This document shows positions 46,364-58,400 of a stretch of 64,000 bases of DNA, one piece after another. The notes beneath the pieces are model-generated. The model searched no databases, was not told the origin of the DNA, and worked only from the letters and a program-made list of their open reading frames with translations. A program made the position numbers and the translations under genes. The DNA comes from Thraustochytrium aureum. Taxonomy: Eukaryota. The stretch lies in assembly GCA_012862495.1 (NCBI GenBank), contig BLSG01000345.1:65624-129623 (forward strand). Reading direction: 5' to 3'. How positions within the stretch are numbered: position 1 is the first letter of the stretch; each line of letters starts with the position of its first letter.

Positions 46364-48586
46364 CTAAAGAGATCGCGTCTGCCTCGGGTTGTCACCCCCT
46401 TCCGGAGCGTGATTGCCAGCCTTGCCGGCATTTCTGCGAACATCGCCCCCAATGTTGAATTGGAAGCCGCCTTCGCCGTCAGCGGGAGCGCGCACACGGC
46501 CATAGCCCGCCTCAAGGTCCAGCAGGAGCTCGTGGTACGAAGGGAACCTCCAGAGGGACTTGTCCGTGACGAGCTCAGCTTCGGCGATGTGCGCCGCCGC
46601 CTCGGCCATGGCGCCGCGCAGCGAGTCTCGAATATAGCGGGCCTGCTCCACAGTCGATCCTTCGCACTTGTCGATCGTGGCGCGCAGGTTCTGGGCGCAA
46701 CGGTGCAGATTGGCAACCATTTCACGGCGGTCGGCGTCCAGGCCGACTTTCGCATACAGCTGGCATTCGTTGATCGCGGACGGGACAACGCCGGTCTGGA
46801 GCATCAGCAGGAGGGTCTTGGCTTCGATGAGAACCTCGTTCGAGTACTTTTCGAGCAGCACCTCTCGCCGGGCGTGGAGCTCCTCAGGCGTCATGATTTT
46901 GAGGCGCGCGAAAAGCTCGGCGTTCTTTTCCGAGGCGAGGCCGTCAAGCGCGTCGACCGAGCTGCTCAGGTTGGGCAAGCCGCGGCGCACACTCTCGACC
47001 TGCTGCCACTCGGCGGAGTACCCGTTGCCGTTAAACATGGCGGGGAGGTTCTCGTTGAGCATCTGGCGAACGGCAGTGTCCAGGTCCGCCCCCTTCTCCA
47101 GGAGGTCGCTGAGGTGGTCCATGGAATCGGCGACGGCCGCCTGGACGGCCGTCATGGGCAGGCCGATGTGCATGTTGGAGCCGACGGCGCGGAACTCGAA
47201 GCGGTTTCCGCAGTACGGGAATGGCGCGGTGCGGTTCCGGTCCTCTGCAGCGACGCGCATGGAGTCGGCGTATGGAGTGCCCATGTTCAGTTCGTGCTTG
47301 CGGCCGCCCTTGGCGGCGTACTCGTGCAGCTCCGCCTCGCCCTTGGCAACGAGCTCGATGTGCTTGCCAAGCGCCTCTCCCAGGTAGAGGGACATGATGG
47401 CGGGCGGAGCCTCCTGGGCGCCGAGGCGGTGGTCGTTGCCAGCGCTTGCGACGGAGGCGCGGATGAGGTCGCCGTGCCGGTGGATAGCGCGAAGCATGCA
47501 CGCCATCATGGCGATGAAGGAGCGCTGCTCGTCTTTGGTGTCCCCGGGCACGAAGAGGTTGCGCGACCCGGTGCGCGTGGTCATGCTCCAGTTGCAGTGC
47601 TTGCCGCTGCCGTTAATTCCTGCAAAGGGCTTTTCGTGGAACAAGGGGACGAGGCCGAGCCGCGCGGCGCGACGGCGCAGCACCTCCATGGCGAAGATGT
47701 TGGTGTCCGCGCTGCGGTTCGCGACGTCAAAGTGCGGCGAGAACTCGTACTGGCCGGGCGCCACCTCGCTGTGCCAGACAGCGAGCGGGATGCCGGCCTC
47801 GATGAGGTCGTGCTGGACGTCGAGGAGGGTTTGCCGCGGCCTCTCCGGTACGGGTTGAAAGTAGTTTTGGTCCGTCTGCTGGCCGCGGCTCATGGGGGCG
47901 CCGAACACGGTGCGGCCGGAGGCGACCAGGTCCGGGCGCTGCCAGAACTTGAAGTTGTCGACAAAGAAGAACTCTTGCTCCCAGCCGACGTTGCAGTTGA
48001 CGCCTTCGTCGGCGTCGGCTGCGCCCAGGAGCTTGAGGAGCCGGGTCGCGGAGCGGTCGACGGCGAGCTGCGAGCGCACCAGCGGGGTCTTCTCGTCCAG
48101 GGCGTGGCCCTTCCATGAGACGAAGAGGGAAGGCACGTATATGGTGCCCTCCAAGAGCAGGGGCCAGCTGCCCTTGTCCCAGGTCAGGTACCCGCCGGCG
48201 CAGTGCGTCTCGCGAAGCCCGCCGTTCGGGAACGAGGACCCGTCTGTCTCGCCGTAGAAGAGGCGCCCGGGCGAGAGGTTGACATGGAAGGCGTCGTTCT
48301 TGAAGTCCTTTTCCACGAAAGTCTCGTACTTGATCAGGTTGTTCGGCCCGCGGAGCGGAGTGGCCCAGTGCCCGATCGTGTTGGCGCCGTTCGCTTCGGC
48401 GAAATGGCGCAGCTGCTTGGAGAGCGCCTTGCGCAGCCTCGGCTCCAGCTCGGTCCCGTCGCGGGTGGAGTCTTCCACCGCCTTCTTCAGGTCATGCGGC
48501 AAGAAGTTGGCAAAGCATTTGCGCCCGAGCACGCTCGGCGAGCGCTGGATCTTGGAGAACAGGGTTGTGGTCGGCTTGCGCTGCAT
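46364..48586 (-). CDS. glnN: Glutamine synthetase type III
   Basis: GETDGSSFPNGGLR, LDEKTPLVRS, GWEQEFF, HSEVAPGQYE, HEKPFAGINGSGKHCNWS, AGNDHRLGAQEAPPAI, DRNRTAPFPYCGNRFEFRAVGS; ~740 aa. Confidence 0.96.
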   Translation of the reverse strand: MQRKPTTTLFSKIQRSPSVLGRKCFANFLPHDLKKAVEDSTRDGTELEPRLRKALSKQLRHFAEANGANTIGHWATPLRGPNNLIKYETFVEKDFKNDAFHVNLSPGRLFYGETDGSSFPNGGLRETHCAGGYLTWDKGSWPLLLEGTIYVPSLFVSWKGHALDEKTPLVRSQLAVDRSATRLLKLLGAADADEGVNCNVGWEQEFFFVDNFKFWQRPDLVASGRTVFGAPMSRGQQTDQNYFQPVPERPRQTLLDVQHDLIEAGIPLAVWHSEVAPGQYEFSPHFDVANRSADTNIFAMEVLRRRAARLGLVPLFHEKPFAGINGSGKHCNWSMTTRTGSRNLFVPGDTKDEQRSFIAMMACMLRAIHRHGDLIRASVASAGNDHRLGAQEAPPAIMSLYLGEALGKHIELVAKGEAELHEYAAKGGRKHELNMGTPYADSMRVAAEDRNRTAPFPYCGNRFEFRAVGSNMHIGLPMTAVQAAVADSMDHLSDLLEKGADLDTAVRQMLNENLPAMFNGNGYSAEWQQVESVRRGLPNLSSSVDALDGLASEKNAELFARLKIMTPEELHARREVLLEKYSNEVLIEAKTLLLMLQTGVVPSAINECQLYAKVGLDADRREMVANLHRCAQNLRATIDKCEGSTVEQARYIRDSLRGAMAEAAAHIAEAELVTDKSLWRFPSYHELLLDLEAGYGRVRAPADGEGGFQFNIGGDVRRNAGKAGNHAPEGGDNPRQTRSL

Positions 48587-50021
48587 CTTGGCGACCAAGT
48601 ACGAGCCCAGTCACCGACCCGAGCAACGACGAGTCAGCCAGGCAGTCGAAAACCCGCGAGTCCCGGTGGCCGCTGCCTCAAAGACTCGCTCCTCTGCGCG
48701 CTCGCGCGGCCCACGCCAATCGGTGTCTGCTCGCAGCCGCTCGTGTCTCTCACAAACGCGTCCGTCCGTCCGCTCGTCCCGACCGACATGTGCGCCGCCA
48801 CTATCTTGCAGAGAACAAAGAAACGCTCTCTGTTCTGCAGCAGCGGGTCGGTTAGGGTTGGCTTAGGGCGTAGGGCGCCTGCCTTCAACGGAAGTCCTTC
48901 AGTCTTTCTGCTGCGGATGGATGGGATGGGAGGGAGACCTGATCCGCGCCAAAAAGCGAAACTGGGGCGAAATTGGGGACCCAAAGCGCTCGTTTTTCTC
49001 TGAGGCCAGTGTGAATTCGTGGCCAACTCGGCCGGACGCGCTGAGAGGCCGACTTGGGGTGGGTGAACTCGCGCGATGGGCGGCCGTGCCCCCCTCGTAG
49101 TTCGCCCGACAGCGCCACCGACTTACCCCGATACCCCGACAGAGCGGCCCTAGCCCCCTTTTCAGTGCGGTGGAGCGGGGGTATGGGGTGTAGGCGAGGA
49201 TTTTGGCGAGGGGAGCGCAGTGCTCGGACGCGGTGGAGTTTTGGGGCCGCCTCCAACGGCGCGTTGCAGGATTTGAACGCCGCAAGGTGCGCGGACGCCG
49301 GTCTTGACTGCGGCGCTCCTCGCCGCACAACCTCCAGCCTCTGCGGCGAAACCCGCGCCGCCACCTCAGCCTGCTCGCGTGGCGCACTCAGGGACCGCCC
49401 AGCCGTTCCCCGGCGTATTTAATGGGCGATTCCACGCCTAATTGCGTAAAGCTCCCCCGAGGATACATGGAGACTGACCACCCCTCGCCACGTCCAAGCC
49501 GGGTCTGGCACCTCGAGGCGCGCGGCATGCAGCGCCTCTGCGCAGTCTGCCGCGCTCCCCGCGCACCTTAACGCGCAGCCGAACAAGCCCGCCCTCGCAA
49601 GCCTACGTCAGCCACGCCCCCCGGCCTCCGCCCCTCCCTGCGGCCTCCGTGTGAGGAAGGTCCACTTCTCGCAGCAAACAGACAAGCAACCCGAGAGGAA
49701 GCAGCCCCTCCTGCAGCGCTGCCCGCTCTCCCCTCTGCCCCTCCCTGCTCCATCACAGAGGACGCGGCCCCTCCCTGCNNNNNNNNNNNNNNNNNNNNNN
49801 NNNNNNNNNNNNNNNNNNNNNNNNNNNNNNNNNNNNNNNNNNNNNNNNNNNNNNNNNNNNNNNNNNNNNNNNNNNNNNNNNNNNNNNNNNNNNNNNNNNN
49901 NNNNNNNNNNNNNNNNNNNNNNNNNNNNNNNNNNNNNNNNNNNNNNNNNNNNNNNNNNNNNNNNNNNNNNNNNNNNNNNNNNNNNNNNNNNNNNNNNNNN
50001 NNNNNNNNNNNNNNNNNNNNN

Positions 50022-50310
50022 GAGAGAGAGAGAGAGAGAGAGAGGAAGAGGGAGGGAGGGCCAGCGACAGCAAGAGAGAACCAGGGAGAGGCCGGCAGAG
50101 AGGGAGGCAGATACACCAACAGAGGAGCGAGCGAGGAGAGAGAGAGGAGCAGCAGCAGGAGCTGGCCGCGGCAGACCCGTACCGGCGCAGGCAGGCAGGC
50201 AGGCAAGGAGGCGAGGAGGCGAGGAGGCGAGGAGGCAGGCAGGCGTTGAGGCAGGTGTTGAGGCGTTGAGGCAGGCGTGCGGGCAGGCGTGCGGGCGTGC
50301 GGGCAGGCAG
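50022..50310 (+). repeat. Purine-rich (GA)n / (GGCA)n low-complexity tract upstream of CK1
   Basis: gagagagag..., gcaggcaggcaggc and gaggcgaggaggc runs. Confidence 0.75.
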
Positions 50311-50457
50311 GGGGTCGAGGGAGGCAGGGGAGGAGTTGGTTGGGAGGGGTTAGGTCTGCTGCGGCAGGCAGGTCGGTGGTGCGAAAGCGCCGCTGGGAGA
50401 CACCGGGGTGAAGGGACGAAGTTGACAGGAAGGACGGCGGACCAAGGCGTAGCAACG

Positions 50458-51549
50458 ATGGAGAGGCGGGTGGGGAAGAAGTACCGGCTCGGTCGAAAGA
50501 TCGGGAGCGGGTCCTTCGGGGACGTCTATCTCGGGACGGACGTGACGACCGGCGAGGACGTTGCGATCAAGCTCGAGCGGATTCGGACCAAGCACCCGCA
50601 GCTGCTGTACGAGTCCAAGCTGTACCGCGTGCTGCAGGGCGGGATCGGCATCCCGTACATGCGGTGGTTCGGCGTGGAGACGCACTACAATGTGCTGGTG
50701 ACCGACCTCCTCGGCCCGTCCCTCGAGGACCTCTTCAACGCGTGCGGGCGCACCTTCTCGCCGCTTTGCACCATGATGGTCGGCGAGCAGCTCGTGAGCC
50801 GCATCGAGTACATGCACGCCAAGCACTTTATCCACCGCGACATCAAGCCCGACAACTTCCTCGTGGGCCGCGGCCGCCGGGCCAACCTGCTCTACATTAT
50901 TGACTTCGGCCTCAGCAAGCGGTTCCGGCACCCCAAGACGCGCCAGCACATGCCGTACCGCGAGGGCAAGAACCTGACCGGGACGCCCAGGTACGCCTCC
51001 ATCAACAACCACCTCGGCGTGGAGCAGAGCCGCCGCGACGACATGGAGAGCATCGGCTACGTGCTCGTCTACTTTGCCCGCGGCAGCCTCCCCTGGCAGG
51101 GGCTCAAGGCCAACACCAAGAAGCAAAAGTACCAGAAGATCATGGACAAGAAAATGTCGGTCTCCATCGCCTCGCTCTGCAAAGGCCTGCCCGAGGAGCT
51201 CCGCAAGTACCTCGACTACTGCCGATCGCTCCGCTTTGAGGACAAACCAAACTACCCGTACCTGCGCGCCCTCTTCAAGGACGCCATCGACTCGGGCAAG
51301 TACGGCGACCCTATGAAGGGCTTCGACTGGATGAACATGAGCCGCGCCGGTGGCTCGTCATCCTCGTCGCGCCCCAACGAAGGGGAGCTCGGCGCCCACC
51401 CCGATGGCATTGTCCCCGCCGCTGCCCCAGGTGTCGTCAACCTCGACGATGGCATTACGCCGGGCGCCGACTTCACGGGCGCGCCCGTCAACGCTGACAT
51501 GGAGGTCGAGCAGAGCCACGCCGCCGCCGGCGCGCCAAAGTATGCCTGA
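50458..51549 (+). CDS. CK1: Casein kinase I
   Basis: [92 protein letters not shown]. Confidence 0.97.
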   Translation: MERRVGKKYRLGRKIGSGSFGDVYLGTDVTTGEDVAIKLERIRTKHPQLLYESKLYRVLQGGIGIPYMRWFGVETHYNVLVTDLLGPSLEDLFNACGRTFSPLCTMMVGEQLVSRIEYMHAKHFIHRDIKPDNFLVGRGRRANLLYIIDFGLSKRFRHPKTRQHMPYREGKNLTGTPRYASINNHLGVEQSRRDDMESIGYVLVYFARGSLPWQGLKANTKKQKYQKIMDKKMSVSIASLCKGLPEELRKYLDYCRSLRFEDKPNYPYLRALFKDAIDSGKYGDPMKGFDWMNMSRAGGSSSSSRPNEGELGAHPDGIVPAAAPGVVNLDDGITPGADFTGAPVNADMEVEQSHAAAGAPKYA

Positions 51550-52392
51550 CCTGGTCTTTCGGCTTGTGGGTGCGGCAGTGCGACCTGGGCCGAGGTCTGC
51601 GGGCGCAGCTGCGGAGTATGACGAGGCGGTTTTGCTTCTGCAACGCGCGTGCTTCAAGTGCTGGTCAGGGCGGGGGAGGAAGGTGGGTGGGGGAAGGTGG
51701 AGGAGGAGGAGGTCTCTGGTCTTTGGTTTCCCACTCAACCACCGTGCTTTGGCGCCTTTTGCTGCACCCGTTCCCTCTGCCCTGCGCAGCTGACTTACTT
51801 CTGATCGCATGGTCAAGCGATCCATTGCCCCGCCATGATCGGGAGGGCCTTTCGAAAAGAGATTAAAAGAATAAGGAGAGAGAGCTTTTCTTGGTAGTCC
51901 TTCCCACTGCTGTTCAACGCGACTCGCTGAGGAGAAGACGAGGCGGCCGGCAAACGGTGGCTGCGACCAGACGAGNNNNNNNNNNNNNNNNNNNNNNNNN
52001 NNNNNNNNNNNNNNNNNNNNNNNNNNNNNNNNNNNNNNNNNNNNNNNNNNNNNNNNNNNNNNNNNNNNNNNNNNNNNNNNNNNNNNNNNNNNNNNNNNNN
52101 NNNNNNNNNNNNNNNNNNNNNNNNNNNNNNNNNNNNNNNNNNNNNNNNNNNNNNCCGAGCCGAGCCGAGCCCAGCCCCACCCTGCCCTCAATGGAACAGC
52201 AACGCCGTGCGTCCTGCAAAGAGGCGTTGGCGACTGGATACAGTGGTCTGAGCAGAAGATTGTGGGGCTCTCTCCTCTGTTGGCGCGAAGCGGGGGAGGC
52301 CTTTCGCGAGTACTTGCCACGAAATGCGAAACGCCGCCTTTGTCCGCATATCATTGAAGCGGCGACCGCTAGTTCGTGTCAAGCCGCTTGGA

Positions 52393-53553
52393 TCATGCGT
52401 ATACGGCCAAAACCATAGAAACGACGAGCAGCAGTCCTTCGAATGAAAACAGCATCGAAGCCGAACTCACCGGTGCAAGTGTTCGAGGCGTGGGCGGCGT
52501 GGGGCGCGGCGTAGGATATGCCGGCTCAGGCGCACTTGTCGGTTTGCGCCTGACAACGTCGAAAGAGATATTAGAAAAGCCCTCAGCATAGCTGCACAGG
52601 CGCATGGGCAAGCGAGACTTACGTGGGCCCACGTGTGGGCTTCTGAGTCGTCGGGCTTGTCGGCCGAACCGAGGGCGCTGACGTGGGCGGCGTTGGAGAG
52701 AACGTCACGGGCTAAGCAGGCTCTGACAGGTTAGACAAGACCAAGCGTTGCAGCTTGCTAAAGTGCAGGCGACTTACCGAACCAGTTCCATCGGAAGCGC
52801 TTGGCGGAATTGTTACGCAAATCGATCCCTGTGGAAGCCCCAGCGCAAGGTCGGCGTAGTTCGATTCCGCGCGCTGCTTTCTAATTTGAGCGACTTCAAG
52901 ACAGCCCGTCCCCGTCAGTGAGACAGAAAAGTAGGTCAACTTGGGGCTCCCAACCAGGAACGCTCGCAGTGCAGCGGACGAGTATTCTCCGCTGATTGCA
53001 TTGCCTTGGATTGCCAAGGCCTCCAGTTCAGAGTGCCAACCTCCAATAAAATCGGACAGGGCGCCGCTCATCTGGTTGTTCTCAAGGGAGAGCTTCAGCA
53101 AGGCACTGTTTCCTCGAACTTGTGATGGAATAGTTCCAGTGATCGAGTTCGAATCAAACCGCAGTGTGTGGGGAAACGAGATCGAGGCCAGCTCAGCAGG
53201 CAATGTCCCAGCAATGCTAGCACTAGTGGCTGTGATCACCGCGGTGCTGCACAATCCCGTGTCGGTGAAGGTGATCGTTCCAATTTCTGCTGGGATCGGC
53301 GTCAGTGCCGCTCCATTGCAAAATATTCCACAAGTTGGACTAACGTCCTTGTTTAGCAACCCAGCAGAGTTCCATTCGGTGGCGCAGTCAAAGTCCGCGT
53401 TGGCCACAACCAAAGTCGCAGCCACGAGGGCAAGTAGGAGACCTGCTGGGCAATCGTTAGCTTGCTGCACAGGTCACGGCGAGTCGTTGCGCCCGCTAGC
53501 GATCTGGCCGGGCCGGTCGCGCAACGACGACGTCACTTACCTTGGTAGTTCAT
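52393..53553 (-). CDS. Secreted, probably GPI-anchored LRR protein with Pro/Thr stalk (4 exons: 53553-53541, 53442-52778, 52711-52623, 52549-52393; 307 aa)
   Basis: Three GTAAGT...CTAAC/CTAAT...YAG introns splice in frame. The product reads MNYQGLLLALVAATLVVANA (signal), plant-type LRRs (IAGTLPAEL, NSITGTIPS, NNQMSGALS, NAISG), a PTS/PTR stalk and the hydrophobic tail SSASMLFSFEGLLLVVSMVLAVYA. Confidence 0.85.
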
Positions 53554-55416
53554 TGCTGAAGCGCGGACGCGCTCCCCGAATCCGCTCGCGAGGCAACCCA
53601 GCTCGGTGTCTGCGGCTCCGGTCCTGGGGTCCTGCTCGGCGCGTACAAGGGTTCCCGTTCTGCCTTGCCGTCGCCACGCGTGGGTATTCCTCTTGGCGTT
53701 GGATGGCCGTGCTGGCGGTGCAGATTGGTCTGCTGTGCCGCTGGAGCAAAGGGAGAGTCTTCGAGGTACAACACGCAGGGAAATGCTTCAGCAAGCTCTA
53801 GCTAGAGCTAGAATCGGTCTACAGGTAGGTAGTAGGTCGGCGAGCCTCTCTACTAGGGAGGGGCTCTCTCTTCTGCTAGCTACTAGTAGAGAGAGGTGTA
53901 GATCTCGTAGTGTCTGTGCGCACGGTTGTAGCGTTTGTCCCTCCCTTATCTTCCACTGGTATGGCTTTCGAGTCACAAGCGGAGACAGATGCAAGGCAAG
54001 GGATGACTCGCGCGGCCTCATTGTACCTCATCATGGCGAAAGGAAGTACGCCCAAAAACAACCAAAACCTCAGAGGGCTACACGGAGGCAATTGCACGGA
54101 AGTACGACAACACTGCACAAACGAAACAGAGGAAAAGGATCGGACTCCTGAAGTGTGCAACTCATCTCCCCCGCGGGGTTTGACGCCCAACTGCGTAGCC
54201 TTGCGTAAACAAGTCCGGCCCAAAAACAAACAAACGTTGAGCCAAGCTGTCAAACCAACCAACACGTCCGTCGTGGACACTCGGATTTCGTCCGAAAGAG
54301 GTAGCTCGAGCCGGGTCGGATCATCATCCTCGATGATAAAACCAAGTAGGATTGATAAAACGAAACTCAACTCGTCGCGATCCCTTGCCTTGACTTGAGA
54401 GAAAATATCTGGTTTCGCCAGGCCAGGTGGGCAAGCGGGACCAATTGATGAGCGAAGCAGAGTGGATCTGATTCTGATTCTGACTCGAGTTGGCACGAGC
54501 TGTGAGCGGCGGATCTTGGCACTGCTCCGCGTCTTTCACGCCATTTTTTGGCGTCCAGTCTCCTCCTTGCTTGGACAGCGCTCCTACCGAGAGCGAGGGG
54601 GGTTGACTCTGTACAGAGCCAAAACGGACCTCTAGTCATTTCGATGGAAGCATCCTCCTTGATTGAAGTGAGTAAAATTCAACTCAGCATTCTCCTGCTC
54701 TCCTTCTCCGGTGGCCTTCGGGGTGATTCTTGGACCGGTCTGGTCGATTGTCGAGGCGTGCAGGCCACGCCAACTCTCTGTCCCTTTGACTCGCTCGCTC
54801 CCTCTCTCGCTTGCCGCAGAACAGAGAGAAACCACTTTGGTCTCGTGTGAGAGATGCAGAGATCTGGTGGTTGACTCTTCTGGACCAATTCTCCCCTGCC
54901 TCTAGAGCTAGCGAGATATTTGGGGGGTTGTCATGTGAGGAGCGCACACGAGCTGAAAACCGCGCGCGGGCAGCCATTGGCTTCTCATTTTTAAAAAGTG
55001 TGAGAGGCTTGCAGTCGAGCCGCGCTGCTGTACCTGTACCTCCAGTTTATGGACATGCCGCTTGGCGTCGCCACACTCAAAGGATCTGTTTGTGTACTTC
55101 CCCGCGGCTGCGCAGGAGGCGACCGCACAGGAGGTGACCACACAAGACGTGNNNNNNNNNNNNNNNNNNNNNNNNNNNNNNNNNNNNNNNNNNNNNNNNN
55201 NNNNNNNNNNNNNNNNNNNNNNNNNNNNNNNNNNGCTCGGACTGGGCTTGGCGTCGTGCAAACCAGCAACAAGCACCTGTAGCGCGCGGCGCAAAGGGAG
55301 CTCTGACCAGGTGAAGGCCAACAGCGCGGGCACGAGGGCGAGGGGCCCGTGGGCGAAGAAGCGGGAACAAGCGAGCAGCAGCAGCGCGGGCGGCGCGGAA
55401 CGCCGGGCGCGGTAAA

Positions 55417-58400
55417 ATGGCGCCTAGGGTCTCGCTACTCGCAGTTGTGCTGGCATTCTGCAGTGCAGCCTGGCTTGCAAGTGGTGATGCACCGACATCC
55501 CTTCGGCAAAAGCTAGGGGCGCCCGCGCAAGTTCGCACAATGGCGCAGGAAGACGTCGACGAGTCTATTCGAGCGCCTCGCCGTCTATCAACTGTGGACC
55601 TCGCAAGTCTAAACTCGTACCTCCGCAATCAGAACTTTGGCCCCAACCCCGGGCCGTGTACTTCGACCGCGGACTTGTGCGAAGGAGATGCGCTGAACAT
55701 GCCACGGTACATTGCCAAGGTTCCAATGACGCTGACGCTTGAGATTGTGAGGTTTACGATTAAGCGCACCAATAACCTCGGCAACTACAACACAGGGTCT
55801 GGAGTCGACATCGGCTGGCTCGCTGGAGGGACCACAGAGGCCTGGGCGACTGTGTTCTCCAATGTTCAGATCGACAACATCGTAATCAGGCAGTCGAACA
55901 TCGACAGCAACGGCAACCTGCCGTTCACATTCGACCTTCAAGGCCTCAGTCTTGGGTCAACCAGCAACTACATGCTCCGTGACATCAAGCTTGGTGTGGA
56001 CTTTCTGTCAGGTGCTGCCAAGTGGGTCATACGGTCCTATATGGAAGCGCCGAAAGTGACGGAGGGAATACCATCCCGATCGGCACTACTGATCCTGGCA
56101 AGTACTACGTTCTCGACCAAGGGAGTCTCGACTCGAACGGAGACGGCATCGACCTGTTTCTCAAGATGCAACTTCTACCGAAAGGCGCGTCGGCCCCTCT
56201 CACAACAGACTTGCCGTTTCGCGTTGACTGGCAAAGCGGTGCCGATGACCAGGTCTGCATCTTTGACATCTCCATTGGCAGTGGGACGCTTCGTTTCCCC
56301 AATGATCTGGGCTTTCGGGGGATTATCTTTGATATCTTGTCTTGGGGTGACCTGCTGACGATTGTCATTGGCCTTTTACGCGGGACGATTGCAGGCGCGG
56401 TCTGTTCGGTCATTCTCGGGATGACCTACACCAACGATGCGAAAACGGAGCTTGGGGTGCTCAACGTATTTCTGGATACCCTTTACGAGGACGTGTACAG
56501 ATACGTCACCCCAGGATTGCAGACGGAGCCAAAGATTCGCGACTTCGAGGCCAACATCAAAGCCAACCCGTACGATCCGGTAAGCGCCGCCAAGGCAGTC
56601 AACTTTCCCACGGACTCCACTTTTGAGTTCATTTCGACGAGCATAAATGACCTTCTCGGGTCAGTGTCCACGTCGCCAGACTACAGAGACCAGAACCCGC
56701 CAGTCTTGGTTATCAATGAGCTCGTCGACCTACTGTTGGAGAACAAGAACGGCGAGTTTATTGTCACTGACGTGACCAAGCCGCTGCCGTACGTCGACCT
56801 TTCTCCCGAGTCTTTCCAAACGCGCATCGAGCTCGCCCCGGTCATATTCGACATTGCGCTGACAGGCTACAAGCTGACGGGTCTCAACTCTTTCAAGGGC
56901 GACTTTACGGTGTTGGACACCTCTTTTGATCTGCTCAATACGCTCCGCAACACCCTATCCATGGATGGAGTGAGCGCCGAAGCCTCGTTTTCTCTCAAAC
57001 TCTCAGAGGGTTTGTGGGTCAACAACCCGAGCGGGAAGACTGAGACGTTCACCTTTACGATCAAGATTGACTTTGGCAACCTCTTCCTGGACTCGCATCT
57101 CGTCATGCTATGGAACTCTACCGAGCTTTCCGATGCCTTTGTTGGACACCTCTTGGACTTCCCCGCTGGGGAGTCCATAAAGGCCATCGACTGCGCTCTG
57201 CTCACCGTGTATGAGGCGCAGTTCGCATCACTTCAATTCGCGGGCCAGTTTTCGAACCCTGTCTTGACCAACTTTGGTTCGGGGCTGAGGGACATGCTCA
57301 CGGGCTTGCTCAATCTCGTCTCCAACAGCGTTAAAGGCTTCCTGCGCGCCCGGATGCCCGCGGTCACTGAAAACCTCATCCGCCCAGAAGTCAACACTTT
57401 CATGCAAGAGTACCTTCGCGGCCTTCCGCCTACCTGCTGGCCGTACACGGTCAAGACAGAGACCAAGTACATCGACTTTGACATGAACGTAGTGGCGAGT
57501 CTTCTCAACGACGGGCTCAACAAGGTCGTTGGCGGCAACCCGGTGAAGACGAACAGCCTTGATATCAACTCCCTCATCGACTATTATGCCAAGGAGTACA
57601 AGGCCGACCTCGAGAAGCTGCTTGGGGACGGGTATACACTCGACTCGCCGTTTCGCGGGACCTGGCTTGTTGGCCCCACCAGGCTCGTCGAAATCAACTT
57701 TTACGACGGCACCAGCAAGGCCTACGCGGAGAACCTTCGGTTCGAAAACCTCGACTCGATCTACAAGCTCGAGTTTCGCCCTGCCAACGCCCGCGAGGAG
57801 GCCATCACTGGCGGGATCGGCAGGGGCATCATCGAGGGCGAGAACGGCGACGAAATTACCAAGGAGTACGTTACTGTCAAGCTCCGCGTGGGCGGCAAGG
57901 TGTGCCGGCAAGGGGAGTGCACTCTGGAAGTCCTGGTCGACGATGAGGTTGACCTCATCCTGAACTTTGACTTTGACCTCGAATCTCTGGTGCGCGCGAA
58001 CCTGGACGAGAACAAGGTCTATGGGCTCAAGTTTGACGACCTCAACTACCCGATGTGCGCTCTCGCAGTGTTTGATCTGATCGACATCACGAAGCTCGAC
58101 TTGGAGACAACCTTCTTTTACACAAACGTCGCATCCGTCCCTGCCAACGCCGGCTTCTCGGACTCCCGGATGGGACGAGCTCTCACCAACCTGCAGCTCG
58201 AGCTGGCCCGGTCCGAACCGCACCGCATCACGACCAACCAGGTTCGCTACCTTCTCCGAGTCGCTGCGATCAAGCTCAAGGACTTTGCCAACGAAGTTTT
58301 CAAGAACAACACAATCCCGCTCGCAGACTGTCGCAACGCCGAGCTTAAAATCGACACCAGTGCGTACGATGGCATTTTCGACTATGATTTTCCCCCGGCG

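Noticed and set aside
46349..48118. 589-aa plus-strand ORF (and similar long antisense ORFs at 2131-3186, 23620-24777, 26766-27965, 32515-33882)
   Set aside because: Mirror frames of GC-rich genes on the opposite strand, with no motifs.
49651..50457. N-terminal extension of CK1 in the ORF track
   Set aside because: Gap plus microsatellite-derived sequence. The canonical CK1 start MERRVG is at 50458.
55062..55415. Short ORF with 15-bp repeats (AQEATAQEVTTQDV) entering a gap
   Set aside because: Interrupted by Ns and probably a collapsed minisatellite; no coding support.
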